DNA from: a virus
Strand: one strand, 5' to 3'
DNA length: 64,000 nt
Virus record (IMG/VR): IMGVR_UViG_3300050821_002540
Coordinates: 9,694 to 73,693 of that record
This document shows positions 29,181 to 39,600 of this stretch, one piece after another (the stretch's first letter is position 1; every line of letters begins with the position of its first letter). The notes under the pieces are model-generated. The model worked only from the letters and a program-made list of their open reading frames with translations, was not told the origin of the DNA and made no database searches. Both the position numbers and the translations under genes were made by a program.

Positions 29181-29778
29181 TAGAGAGCCCAAGGTCGCAG
29201 AATGCGCCGACCAGCTCACACACAAGACTAATGCCATAGCCCACCTAATCGGTGAAGGCTATCAGTACAAGGATCGTGAATGGCTGACCGAGGCACTAGG
29301 CCTGATCCCAATACTAATCACAGACGCAAGAGAGCTCAGCGAGATGCTCGATGACGTCATCTACGGCGACATGCTGGAGGCGAAGAAAGTGAAGAACAAG
29401 CGCAAGAAGAGGACACGCAAGATGGAGGCAAGGCTCAGGGGATGCCTAGCAGTCATCGCGACGGGATCCACTGACAGGACCGAGAGGTACAGGCTCATAG
29501 CCGAGCTGGAAGACCTGGATGGCGACATTACGAATGGCACCAGTCACTGGAATGGTGTGCGCTTCGACTTCCCTCCGGACGACTGGGACCGCCAGGCCGA
29601 CTGGTCCGCTACAATCAATGAGGCGACGGCTAGCCAGCTCGTAAACCTCACCGGTGAGTACATTGACACCTGCTCGGTATGTGGCATGGATGTTCCCGGC
29701 CCGCACCCACCAGTAGGCACTCCGCAAGCCAATACTCCGCACTACGTCGGCCCTCTTACAGTGAAGGACATCTTATAG
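29167..29778 (+). CDS. Hypothetical protein, last gene of the + arm
   Basis: RBS GGAGGCGAG; stop overlaps the convergent - arm stop. Confidence 0.65.
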   Translation: MKDNDREPKVAECADQLTHKTNAIAHLIGEGYQYKDREWLTEALGLIPILITDARELSEMLDDVIYGDMLEAKKVKNKRKKRTRKMEARLRGCLAVIATGSTDRTERYRLIAELEDLDGDITNGTSHWNGVRFDFPPDDWDRQADWSATINEATASQLVNLTGEYIDTCSVCGMDVPGPHPPVGTPQANTPHYVGPLTVKDIL

Positions 29779-30063
29779 GGCCGGGGCTGTAACCCCGAAG
29801 TAGTCGTCATCGATGGCGACAACGGCCCCGGTGCCCTGCCACTGACAAGTGACCAGCTGGGTATCGGGGCCTGCCCATCCCGTGGTATCAATGTCGTAAT
29901 GGTATGCTCCGGGCCCATCATTAGTTGGTCCTACAATTGTATTGACTGAACCGGCTCCAGCCCGGTACTTGAATGTTATTGTTGTTGGGTTAGTCGGCAC
30001 TCCAGCCGTGTTAACAAATGCGGCCGACGACCTAACCATTGAGCCGCTCGTGTACAGGTTCAT
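29773..30063 (-). CDS. Small virion or tail-associated protein
   Basis: End of tail operon; beta-rich with G.Y.Y.....G...QW.GTG pattern. Confidence 0.55.
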   Translation of the reverse strand: MNLYTSGSMVRSSAAFVNTAGVPTNPTTITFKYRAGAGSVNTIVGPTNDGPGAYHYDIDTTGWAGPDTQLVTCQWQGTGAVVAIDDDYFGVTAPAL

Positions 30064-32033
30064 TCCGAGTTCCTTATCGTCACCGGGCTGATGTTCCTAT
30101 TGCTGACCGATACAGACGCAGATGAATTGCTCACTTCGACTGATCCTGCTAGTGACTGAGTTACCGTCACCTGTCCAGGGAACTGCGATGCCCCGAGTGT
30201 AAAGACAAATACGTCAGCCCCAGCTCCGCTATCCAGGAACGCCACCGGCATGCTGTATGTCAGCAGTTCAGTGCCTGAGCCACTATCAGACAGAACTACT
30301 GGGATGTTGAATAGCAGGGACTCGGTACTGACACCAGAGTCAGTCAGGGCAACCAGTGAGGACAGGCCAAGTACGTCTGTCCCAGCACCAGAGTCAGCTA
30401 GCAGTACAGAGCTAGTGATCTTCAGGCTATCGGTGCCTGTGCCAGAGTCAGCTAGGACAATTGGTGTTACCGACAGTACTGAGAGTGTGTCAGTACCAGA
30501 GCCAGAGTCAGTGAGCGCAACTGGCTGGGCAGATACAATTGTAAGTACGTCAGTGCCAGTGCCGGAGTCCGCTAGCCCTGGGATCATGCCGAGCGCGTCG
30601 GTACCCGTTCCGGCGTCCGCGAACGGTACCCCCGCCAGGACGCCTAGAACGTCCGTAGCCGCGCCGGAATCCCCTAGGGAGGGGAGGATACCTAGCGCGT
30701 CCGTTCCCGTCCCTACGTCGCTTATAGAGACGCCTACGGCTACTGCGAAAACGTCCGTCCCCGCCCCGGTATCGGACATGGTGACCGGGGTAACACTGAG
30801 CACGGCCAGGCTGTCAGTACCAGTACCTGAGTCAGTGAGGCCAGGCATAACACCGAGCGTATCGGTACCAGCACCAGTATCCGTCAGGGCCGTCGGCTGG
30901 ACAACAGCCAGCACATCTGTGCCAGCCCCAGAATCAGCTAGTGACACTACAGAGGTGACCGCAAATGTCTCTGTGCCAGAGCCAGAGTCGGTGAGCGGCG
31001 TCGGCTGAACAATCGCGAGGGCTTCTGTGCCTGACCCGGAGTCAGTAAGTGCTACTGGTGTGACTGACAGCACAGCCAGGGAGTCGGTGCCTGTACCCGA
31101 GTCTGTTAGCCCTGGCATGACGCCCAGGGCATCTGTCCCAGAACCAGAGTCCGTAAGCGCTGTCGGCTGGGTTATAGCCAGGACTTCTGTCCCGGTACCG
31201 GAGTCAGCTAGCGGTACTGTTGAGGTTACTGCCAGTGTCTCGGTACCGGATCCAGAGTCGGAAAGCTGTATCGCCGAGGAAGCAGCCGTTACCTGAACCG
31301 GAAGGAACTGCTGGTGATGGAACTTTTCAGTCCATGTCCTACCAGGCATTACCTGCTGTGGCAACTGGATTGTTACAGGACCACTAGATAGCTTGAACGC
31401 TACAAGTAGCAGGCCCCATGTAGCGGCGCCAGAGATGGCCCATGACAGGGACTCAGTCCCACCCGTACTATTGCCATAGGCAGTAGCTAGCTGGGCAGCA
31501 CTATTTGAACCTGAGTTCTTTAGTGGTGTGTATCCAGTCTCTGTATATGTAGTGGAGTAACCGGCATCACCAACAGAGGCAAGCAGGAACTCATTTGCTG
31601 CCGTAGAGCTGTATGCTGTACCGCCAGTTATGGTAGCCGGGGAGGCAGTACCAGTATTGTGTCCGGGAGACCCATCAAGCATTGACGTTGTATTACCAGC
31701 AAGCAGTCCTGACACTTCAAGCAGTACCGGGACCGACCCAAAGTTTGTCCCATTAGTGCAAGTTATTAGTGGTCCAGTTCCGACATCACCTGATGGGGTA
31801 TCCATTGCCCAGATCGAGATACCGCCCTGAGCCGACTGGTAGGCAAGCAGCCCTACCTGCGTAAAGCTATTGAGCGCTGCATCCTTAACTGACGTTGGGG
31901 CGGTAGAGCTGCTTGAGTCCAGGGACACTATGGCAATAAGCTTGGACCCGGATGTAAGCGTGCCATATGTAGCCGTACAGTTTCCCGATCCCTGTACTGT
32001 ACCCAGGACAGACTGGAGGACCGTGTAGGCCAT
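30060..32033 (-). CDS. Ser/Thr/Gly-rich repeat fibre-like structural protein
   Basis: About 20 repeats of L[TA]DSG[ST]GT[DE].L. Confidence 0.7.
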   Translation of the reverse strand: MAYTVLQSVLGTVQGSGNCTATYGTLTSGSKLIAIVSLDSSSSTAPTSVKDAALNSFTQVGLLAYQSAQGGISIWAMDTPSGDVGTGPLITCTNGTNFGSVPVLLEVSGLLAGNTTSMLDGSPGHNTGTASPATITGGTAYSSTAANEFLLASVGDAGYSTTYTETGYTPLKNSGSNSAAQLATAYGNSTGGTESLSWAISGAATWGLLLVAFKLSSGPVTIQLPQQVMPGRTWTEKFHHQQFLPVQVTAASSAIQLSDSGSGTETLAVTSTVPLADSGTGTEVLAITQPTALTDSGSGTDALGVMPGLTDSGTGTDSLAVLSVTPVALTDSGSGTEALAIVQPTPLTDSGSGTETFAVTSVVSLADSGAGTDVLAVVQPTALTDTGAGTDTLGVMPGLTDSGTGTDSLAVLSVTPVTMSDTGAGTDVFAVAVGVSISDVGTGTDALGILPSLGDSGAATDVLGVLAGVPFADAGTGTDALGMIPGLADSGTGTDVLTIVSAQPVALTDSGSGTDTLSVLSVTPIVLADSGTGTDSLKITSSVLLADSGAGTDVLGLSSLVALTDSGVSTESLLFNIPVVLSDSGSGTELLTYSMPVAFLDSGAGADVFVFTLGASQFPGQVTVTQSLAGSVEVSNSSASVSVSNRNISPVTIRNSE

Positions 32034-32064
32034 CCACGGCCTCCCTCCCAGCTAGTGTATGGCG

Positions 32065-32385
32065 TCAGGTAAGGGGGCCGATGATAACCCGCTGACTCGC
32101 GGCATACACGTACGGGCCGGTGACCTGCGGGTACGTTCCGGGTGCCTGGCCAGTCATGTAGATCTGGTACAATGCATTAGCATCTGCGTACGCCGTAAAG
32201 AGTGCGTTGGCCGAGGGGACATCCATGTTGATTGGTGCTGCCTCCAGGTCGGTGGCAGAGTAGGCGATTAGCCACTGGTAGAACTGCTCGCACTGCGTAA
32301 TAGCATCGCGGAGGGCCGCGAGCTTAGACTGTGCATTGTTGACTACATATGCTGACGTGATCCCAGCAGGGAACCCGATTGCCAT
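32065..32385 (-). CDS. Tail-associated protein, possible paralog of 35672-36016
   Basis: Context and similar size and composition. Confidence 0.55.
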   Translation of the reverse strand: MAIGFPAGITSAYVVNNAQSKLAALRDAITQCEQFYQWLIAYSATDLEAAPINMDVPSANALFTAYADANALYQIYMTGQAPGTYPQVTGPYVYAASQRVIIGPLT

Positions 32386-32397
32386 GACACTCTCCTG

Positions 32398-32988
32398 TCA
32401 GTTACATCCGAAGACCATGAAGTTGGTGCACGTAATGGTCGGTGCGCCAGTAGTCAGCGACCATGATGAGAACAGCTCGACGTAGTAAGCTGACGTTGAG
32501 TTGAATGTCACCGGAGTCTGTGGGGCACCAAGCATGAACGACTGTGGTGATGCCGTAGCCGCGTTGTTGCCTGTACCCCACAGCAGGCTGCCGACACAGT
32601 TGAGCGTGGCGGAAGTGCTTACGCCGATGGTGGCGCACGTCACCATAAGCTCAAGTGCCCATGCACCGTTTGTTACCGATGCTGTCGGTGTAAAGGCACC
32701 AGTCTTCCCGAGTACCTGACCGGACTGGGTGCCTGCCGCGGCATCCAGGGAGGCAGAGATTGTCTGCGTCATGGCAGTTGATGAGGTAGTGAACCAGCCA
32801 CCAGCCTTGATAAGCAGCGACCGGCCGATCCCAACGTTGGGGCCAAAGAAGTTACCCTGCAGCTGGTAGGCAGGCATTGTCGTTGTGTTCGGTGCAGTCA
32901 TCACCGTGTTAGCTGCTGCAGTGACCGCCGTAGCGGCAGCCGGCATCGAGTACAGCAGCTCTGTCTGCGTACCTGTGAGGAAGCTCAT
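32398..32988 (-). CDS. Minor tail or fibre protein
   Basis: C-terminal W..TTGAPTITC shared with 36013-36696. Confidence 0.6.
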   Translation of the reverse strand: MSFLTGTQTELLYSMPAAATAVTAAANTVMTAPNTTTMPAYQLQGNFFGPNVGIGRSLLIKAGGWFTTSSTAMTQTISASLDAAAGTQSGQVLGKTGAFTPTASVTNGAWALELMVTCATIGVSTSATLNCVGSLLWGTGNNAATASPQSFMLGAPQTPVTFNSTSAYYVELFSSWSLTTGAPTITCTNFMVFGCN

Positions 32989-32989
32989 C

Positions 32990-33640
32990 TCACGCCCATG
33001 TAATCGTAACGGTTGCGTTCCAGGTCTGGGCCGAAGTCTTTGTGCCTGGGGTAGCGTTGCCGTGCTCGAAGAACACTGCGGTCGGGGTAACGGTGAGGGC
33101 AGCGGCTGTGCCGGCATCCACGCCAAACTCCTGGATGGCAACGTTGTTCGCGTCACCAGTCGGGAAGGTTGCCGAGAAGATGATGCCTGCAGCGCCAGTA
33201 CCGCCGACCGTCGGGGCGCCAGAAACTAGCTCCCAGTTGTGTACGGTAAGGGCACCGATAGCATTGAGTGCTGTGTCCGCATGAGTAACGGCAGTGGCGC
33301 TAGTCCCGAGTCCGATACGGCCAACGGTTGCCGAGAACTTTGTGACAGCGCTACCGGCGATGCCGTTCATCATCATAACCCAGCCGGTGTCTAGCACAAA
33401 CTGGTTGCCCTCATGGATGTACGTCTCGAACGGAGGGACATGGTACTCATTGAACCAGAACTGGTCAGGCTCGTCCGCAGGATTGAAGATACGGTCCCAT
33501 GATGCCCTCTTCCTGGTCCAGTCGATCTGATCTACATCCCACTTCTCAACCTGGAAGGTTGTGTGGTGTATGCCAGTCTCGCTAAATCCAGTCCCGGCCA
33601 TAATGCCTAGGCTGTCGCGAGCTGTCCCGAAGTCTGTCAT
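32990..33640 (-). CDS. Minor tail protein
   Basis: IGLGTSATA..AD..L, FSATF..GDAN..IQEFGV and KTS.QTW patterns of tail structural proteins. Confidence 0.6.
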   Translation of the reverse strand: MTDFGTARDSLGIMAGTGFSETGIHHTTFQVEKWDVDQIDWTRKRASWDRIFNPADEPDQFWFNEYHVPPFETYIHEGNQFVLDTGWVMMMNGIAGSAVTKFSATVGRIGLGTSATAVTHADTALNAIGALTVHNWELVSGAPTVGGTGAAGIIFSATFPTGDANNVAIQEFGVDAGTAAALTVTPTAVFFEHGNATPGTKTSAQTWNATVTITWA

Positions 33641-33651
33641 GACTCTCCTTG

Positions 33652-34575
33652 TTAAACGGTGAACTTCTTGAATGTGCTGAACGGCGAGTTACCGGCCGAC
33701 TGTGCCTGTACCCAGTAGGTGCCAGGGCCGGGAACCGGAATTGTCGCACTGTTGGTGTACACCACGACCGAGCCGCCGGGGATAATGGCACCTGGCTTGC
33801 CACCAGAGTCGGCGGCAACCATCACTCTGTAGTGAGGCGACTTGGTGTCGGTCAGATTGAACGTTACGCTGATCGGATGTACCGACACCGTAACAACGGG
33901 CACTGCGTACTGTCCAGACGGTGGCTTGACTACCGATGCCGGACGGGGCCACTGTCCAAAGTCAGGGTCGGTGACGGCGTTCTCACGGACATCGGTGTCC
34001 GAGCCGCCGATCGGTGCCGGGGCGTTGTTCTGGTACAGGACCGCACGGTGGTCGAGCAGGCCACCGGACCAGGCAATTGTCTGCCATGCCTTGGTGGCGA
34101 GCTTGGCATCCATGACACGCTTAACGGTCCAGTACCCGCCGTACACGCCAACCTCATACGGGTACTTGAGGTTGTTGATTGCCTTGAAGTACTGACCGAC
34201 CGGGCCGAGCTTGGCCATGGCGTTCGCCGGGGTGTCCGCAAGGGAGGGAGCATAGTCGGGCATGTCGTAGTCTACCGCAAAGTAGACTGCCATGCTCGGC
34301 GGGGCATCCAGCTCGGCTAGCTGAGCCTTTGCCAGCTGTCCGTCGCTTGTTCCCTGAGAGGTGCCGTGCGCCGCCGCGTCCGGGGCATACTCGAATGACA
34401 GGAAGATACTAATTCCTGCCGCGAGGAGCGCCTTTGACTCTGGTGCTGACAGGTTCTTCCCGATAGAGCTGTACCCGGCTACCGAGTCCCAGCCGATGTA
34501 CCTACCGACAGCAGTCACCCCTGCCGAACGTAGCGTCTGGACTGACGGCCTCGCTACACTGTAGTCGATAATCAT
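33652..34575 (-). CDS. Endolysin, DUF1906 (GH25-like) glycoside hydrolase
   Basis: IDYS, VGRYI, KNL...E, VYFAVDYD, VGVYGG, WQT.AWS.G, LYQ. Confidence 0.85.
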   Translation of the reverse strand: MIIDYSVARPSVQTLRSAGVTAVGRYIGWDSVAGYSSIGKNLSAPESKALLAAGISIFLSFEYAPDAAAHGTSQGTSDGQLAKAQLAELDAPPSMAVYFAVDYDMPDYAPSLADTPANAMAKLGPVGQYFKAINNLKYPYEVGVYGGYWTVKRVMDAKLATKAWQTIAWSGGLLDHRAVLYQNNAPAPIGGSDTDVRENAVTDPDFGQWPRPASVVKPPSGQYAVPVVTVSVHPISVTFNLTDTKSPHYRVMVAADSGGKPGAIIPGGSVVVYTNSATIPVPGPGTYWVQAQSAGNSPFSTFKKFTV

Positions 34576-34577
34576 GA

Positions 34578-35015
34578 CTACCTCTCCTTTGGTATTTCAG
34601 TTGCGTCTGGGCCTAGTTCCGATACTATTGCCTTTGCGACTTTCATCCGCTCGGCAAGCTCAAGAGTGAGCCGGCTTATCTTTGCCCTTGCGGTATCCAT
34701 AGCAGCTACCGTTTCCGGTCGTGCTGGTGCCCCATCCCTCTCGTGAAGTGCTACCATTTCAGCCATGGTGCCGAGGGCTAGCTGCGTCCCTTCCAGGTCC
34801 GACTGTAGCGACTCGGTAAGGGTGTGGTTCACAAGATCATGAATAACCGTGAGCCTGCGATTGGTGTCATTTGCCTGGCCCCGGAGCCGCCTTACCTGCC
34901 ACAGCCCGAGGACGGCCGTGATGAGAAGGATGATAGCAGTGATGATGCCAGTTGTAGCGGAGATCTCACCAGCACTAGTCGATTGCGCAGCGGCATCTAT
35001 AATGTTCACGGGCAC
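34578..35015 (-). CDS. Membrane protein of the lysis cassette
   Basis: One TM helix plus IHDLVN motif; next to the lysin. Confidence 0.6.
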   Translation of the reverse strand: MPVNIIDAAAQSTSAGEISATTGIITAIILLITAVLGLWQVRRLRGQANDTNRRLTVIHDLVNHTLTESLQSDLEGTQLALGTMAEMVALHERDGAPARPETVAAMDTARAKISRLTLELAERMKVAKAIVSELGPDATEIPKER

Positions 35016-35299
35016 TCCAGGTCATTGTACACGGAAGCTAGAGCTGCGTGTAGCTGCTGATCATACGCGCGAGCTGGATTTGTTGCTGGGTTTCCAGGAG
35101 GCGGCCTGAGTATTGCGATCTTATGGAATGACCCACAAATCCTCGCAACTTCCTGCTGGCTTGAGGCCCTCTGCTGGGACTGCTGCTGAGCGAACTGCTG
35201 CTTGAACTGGCTTACCGAGTTGCGAGTTGACCATAGGTTGCCGATCCCTACAACCACCATGAGGGCAAGCAGTATTGAGATTATTACCTTTCCAATCAC
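35006..35299 (-). CDS. Membrane protein
   Basis: N-terminal TM helix. Confidence 0.6.
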   Translation of the reverse strand: MIGKVIISILLALMVVVGIGNLWSTRNSVSQFKQQFAQQQSQQRASSQQEVARICGSFHKIAILRPPPGNPATNPARAYDQQLHAALASVYNDLECP

Positions 35300-35661
35300 G
35301 GGCCGTTCCTCCCGTTCGCTATCTGTTCCGAGATTATCTTGACTGATGTCTGAAGTTCACGGACAGTCATTTCCGTCCTTTGCACTGAATCCCTAAGCGA
35401 GGCCCCGGAATTGAGATGTACCTGGCTTGATATTTCCGAGGTTATCTTCTCAAGCCTGGCATTGCTGTCCTCGACTCTACTCAGCCTTTGCATAACCCCT
35501 GGACGTTCAGGCCTACCAGGGGCAGCTGCCTCCCCGTTGTAGTCATCGATGAAGTGCATCAGCGCCGACACTCCCTTCCACACCTTCCTTATGATCCATC
35601 CGATGACGATGAACATAAACGTCGCGAGGGCTACTGCGGCTGAAATCCATTGTGGGTCCAC
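35296..35661 (-). CDS. Membrane protein, holin-associated type
   Basis: TM helix; D..GE...PG...RPGVM.RL and N.G.SLRD motifs common in actinophage lysis cassettes. Confidence 0.65.
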   Translation of the reverse strand: MDPQWISAAVALATFMFIVIGWIIRKVWKGVSALMHFIDDYNGEAAAPGRPERPGVMQRLSRVEDSNARLEKITSEISSQVHLNSGASLRDSVQRTEMTVRELQTSVKIISEQIANGRNGP

Positions 35662-35671
35662 ATCAGCCTAT

Positions 35672-36016
35672 CTACTGGCCGGCCCATAGCGGGCTAAGTG
35701 CATTGTCGAAGTTGAACAAGATGGCACCAGTACCACCTGTCCCGCCTTGCTGGACTGTACCGAAGTAGGCACCAGCGATCGTGTTGAGGTAAGCAAGAGC
35801 ATTTAGGGCCCACTGTGAGTCACTAATTCCACCAGGATTCTGTGGGTTAGCGGCACTGCTATACCCGAGTGCCTGCATAGCTGCTAGGCCCTGGCCCTGA
35901 TTGTTAATCTCGGTGTTCAGGTTCTTGATCTTGACGCATAGGTCCCTCAAAGAATGCGAGAAGTTTGTAAGATTCTGATCCATCGTGGCCGTACTTGCCT
36001 GGCTTCCTACACTCAC
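35672..36016 (-). CDS. Tail-associated protein
   Basis: Context. Confidence 0.55.
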   Translation of the reverse strand: MSVGSQASTATMDQNLTNFSHSLRDLCVKIKNLNTEINNQGQGLAAMQALGYSSAANPQNPGGISDSQWALNALAYLNTIAGAYFGTVQQGGTGGTGAILFNFDNALSPLWAGQ

Positions 36017-36696
36017 GGGCCTATCCTTTCAAGCATGCTTCCGGAACACGTTATTGTTGGAGCGCCTGTTGTAGATGCCCAGGCCGCCATTATGTAGGCA
36101 TTCGTTGACACGGTAGTGTTTACCGTTATGGCATCATTATGCCCGTACGTAGGGACGGCAGTGCCAGAGTTCTGCTTGATATCCATATCGAGCGTATACT
36201 GAGCCGAGCCGCTAGATCCAGGAGTTGTTGCCTGGAATATCCCCCTTACCATCCAGCCAAAGCCAGCTGTTATTGAGCAGAAAGAAGAGGCGTAGGCTGC
36301 TGATGCCTGTTGCGAGTTGAAGCCGAACAGTGAGAATGTTATCCCCTGGGCTGTGCTGCCCTGTGACCCATTGCCCCATGCGCTAAGCCGGTAGATAGTA
36401 TTCGTCTTCGCGTCATTTGCAGGTATTGTGTATGAGTTAGTGAGCCTTGTCGCAGTTGCCTGTGTTACGGTTACTGGAGAGCCGTCAGTGAGTGCGCATA
36501 TCGCGTATCCCTCAAACGCGAAGGATGGGATTAGCTGCGTCTCAGCGAAAACCTCAAGACCAAATCCAACCTGGACGTTGCCTGAGAATACTGCATTGCC
36601 GCCCTGGAAATTCTGCTGCATATGGGCTATCTGGCCACGAATATCGGCTATGTCGGCAAGAATCTGACTTGGGGTGTATGACTTTGCATTTACCAT
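36013..36696 (-). CDS. Minor tail protein
   Basis: Context; beta-rich IPAN...YRL.AWG domain. Confidence 0.6.
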   Translation of the reverse strand: MVNAKSYTPSQILADIADIRGQIAHMQQNFQGGNAVFSGNVQVGFGLEVFAETQLIPSFAFEGYAICALTDGSPVTVTQATATRLTNSYTIPANDAKTNTIYRLSAWGNGSQGSTAQGITFSLFGFNSQQASAAYASSFCSITAGFGWMVRGIFQATTPGSSGSAQYTLDMDIKQNSGTAVPTYGHNDAITVNTTVSTNAYIMAAWASTTGAPTITCSGSMLERIGP

Positions 36697-39600
36697 GATA
36701 GAGCCTCAGTAACTGGAACGCATATAAAGTAACCAATCTGGAATGTAACCGGGAACGTCCCGGTTGGCGTAGCTGTCAGGTACATAGTTGTCTGGAATGC
36801 TGTTGTAGTTACGCCAAGCGAGCCGAAGGACCATCCAGGACCAGCTAGCGTAATGTTTGTTCCAAAGAATCCACTTCCTCCGTCAGCACCCATATTGATA
36901 ACAGCACCAGGCGTGCCATTTATCGCCCAGTATATCATGTAGTTCGGATTACCAACACCAGGACCAGGAAGTACCGGGAATGTTGCCCCGGTAGCGTAGC
37001 CTCCATTAGCACTAGTTGTACACTGTAGGTAGTAGTTGTAAGGGGAGGCTATAGTACTTGTAACCAGGACAGAGCAGTTAGTTCCGGACCATGATCCGAT
37101 AAGACCTGTATTCCAGAAATCACCAGATGTATCTATGTTTGTGGCGTACGGGACATACGGCACACCAGTCACATCAATCTCCCACTTGAATGCGTTCAAT
37201 GACTCGTCAAGAGAGGACACTATCTGGTCTATATTACTTGACGGCATGAATGATGGGACATTGAATATATTGATCCTCTGCCCGTCATCAAGATTTGCCT
37301 GCTGGGCGAATAGTGAGGAAACCTCCGGCCTTGTCTGGTCAAGAGCAATTGACTTGTACCTGAAGTCATTAACTGTTCCAACGTCAAGCTTCCATGCAGC
37401 GCATTGTGCGAGCTGTGAGTCCGCATAAAAGTTTCCCGACAGCGAGTATGGGTAGTTACCTACACCGGCCGGTGGGGTAGCTACCGAGAGAGGGCCATTC
37501 TGTAGCTGTACATTAACCGAGCTGCCATTTATCCTTGAGAGAGTTATATTGTTTCTTAGCTGCTGCTGATCAAATACCGGCTGGATATTCTGCGCTACCT
37601 GGGCCGACGTATAGTTGAGTGCTAGAGATGGGTCATTGTCAATCATTGCAACACGACTTACAAATTCAATACCACAGAACCATCTCGGCTCTACAAGAAC
37701 ACCACAGTCAACATCCTGTATCTGCTGCATTATACTCATAAAGGTATCGTCGGGCTGTGGACCCATCCTCACACCAATGCCTATTGAGACATTTCCAATA
37801 GCAAACTGCTGACCGGAGAACGTAGGCGTAGCGGTATTGTATACAGCAAGGTTCATAGATGTTGTGTTAGCGGGCACCAGACATTGCGTTATTGATATGG
37901 TGCCCGTAGAGAATGGTGATGGGAATGATACTGCTGACAAAAGCGTAGCGGTACCGTTTGTTGCACCATTGTTCTTGAAGTATGTAATTATTACATTGTA
38001 GTTGCCTGCCTGTCCGAGGGTGTTCAGGTCGATGTATGCACTAACGTACTGTCCGGCCGGGACGGGTATCTGAGGACTTGTCGCTATTGCACCTGACGCC
38101 GTACCGCTGTTGGCAATAAGAATGAAGTTACTCTCATACTCGCCATAGTCTTCACAGCTTGACAGGGTCGAGTTGCTACTAGTCCACCCACCAAGAGCAA
38201 TTGTTGAGTACGTATTCTGGTACGGAAGGATACTATTCCAGTTCCAGTAACCATCCCCCTGATACGCACATCTTATGCCCTCTTCAGAGCATATCCTCTT
38301 GAACCTGTCTATTGCAAGTTCGCCGGCAAATCCTCCAAATGCCGGTGAAACTATCGCGACATATTCAAGTGCACCCTGAAGGACAATATGCCCTACAGCC
38401 GTATCCTGGATGTTCCCGTTCGGGTTGATGACAACTGAACTTATAGCACCAATAGATCCGGTGTACGGTATGATAATACCAATTGGAACAGCTGAATTAG
38501 GCGCAACGGTAAAGATAGTACAGTTAACACTAGAGCCATTAACAGCAAGCTCCATACTGACAAGCCATGGCCCTGTGCCGTTAACTGGAGGCATAGCGCC
38601 AGTGCCGGTATCAAATATCAGCGAGCTTCCTGAATTGTACCCCCGAAGTCCGAACAGCCCACCACCAGACGACACGTAGTAGCACTCAATACGAGCAAGT
38701 GTCCCGCTTGCAACTATCCCCCTCGCGAGTACAGCTCCGTTTGGCATACCAGTAGCAGGAACGTTAGTTACAAATCTTAGGATAACATTGTTTGGCGTAC
38801 TTACGCCAGCAAAGTTGATCGTTACCTGTCCTGATGCACCCTGTGCGCCGGGGCCATACTTGGGTGCATACTTATTCTGGTTGGAGCCAGATCCCCCACC
38901 GCCACCGGGAAATCCGCCAATACCTGCAAGGTTAGCTGTGTATGTCTTCAGGGCCGTCTGGAATGTCTCGCCCTTGCCGCCCTTACCACCACCGCTTACA
39001 GCCGTAGCCCCGGCACCACCACTATTGCCAGATGTACTACCGCCTGTCAGTCCGCCAGTAAAGGTACCGCCTGAGCCACCGCCTCCACCACCCCCACCGA
39101 TTACATTGCCGATACCGCCATTGCCGCCATTATGGTGAACAGCAGACTGACTTCCTGTACCGCCATTAGTGGCGCTAACGCCGCTAGTCCCAGCCCCATG
39201 AGCGAGTGTGGTGACAGAGTCAGCCTGAAAGAAAGAGTTACCACCAGCTGCGCCCGAGTAGGCTGTTGTACCACTCGCCCTACCGCCCCCACCGCCAGCA
39301 CCAACGGTCAGGTTGTAGTAGTTGCCAGGAGTTACCGCAACACTAGAGTCAGCAGCAGACTCTCCACCACCTCCAGCAATTACGTGAACGCCATTGCTGC
39401 CTCCTGCGCCACCTCCGGTTGCACTTACCGATGTAAGTGTTGTCGTCCCTCCTGGACATAGCCACTGGTAGTTCCCCGGAGTGTTCCATGTTACGGGGCC
39501 TCCCCAGCTTTGACTACCAGTATTGCCAGTCCATACACTACCATTCAGCTGCGGTATTGGATCGCTACCGGGAACACCACTATCAGATGAAAGGCCAGGA

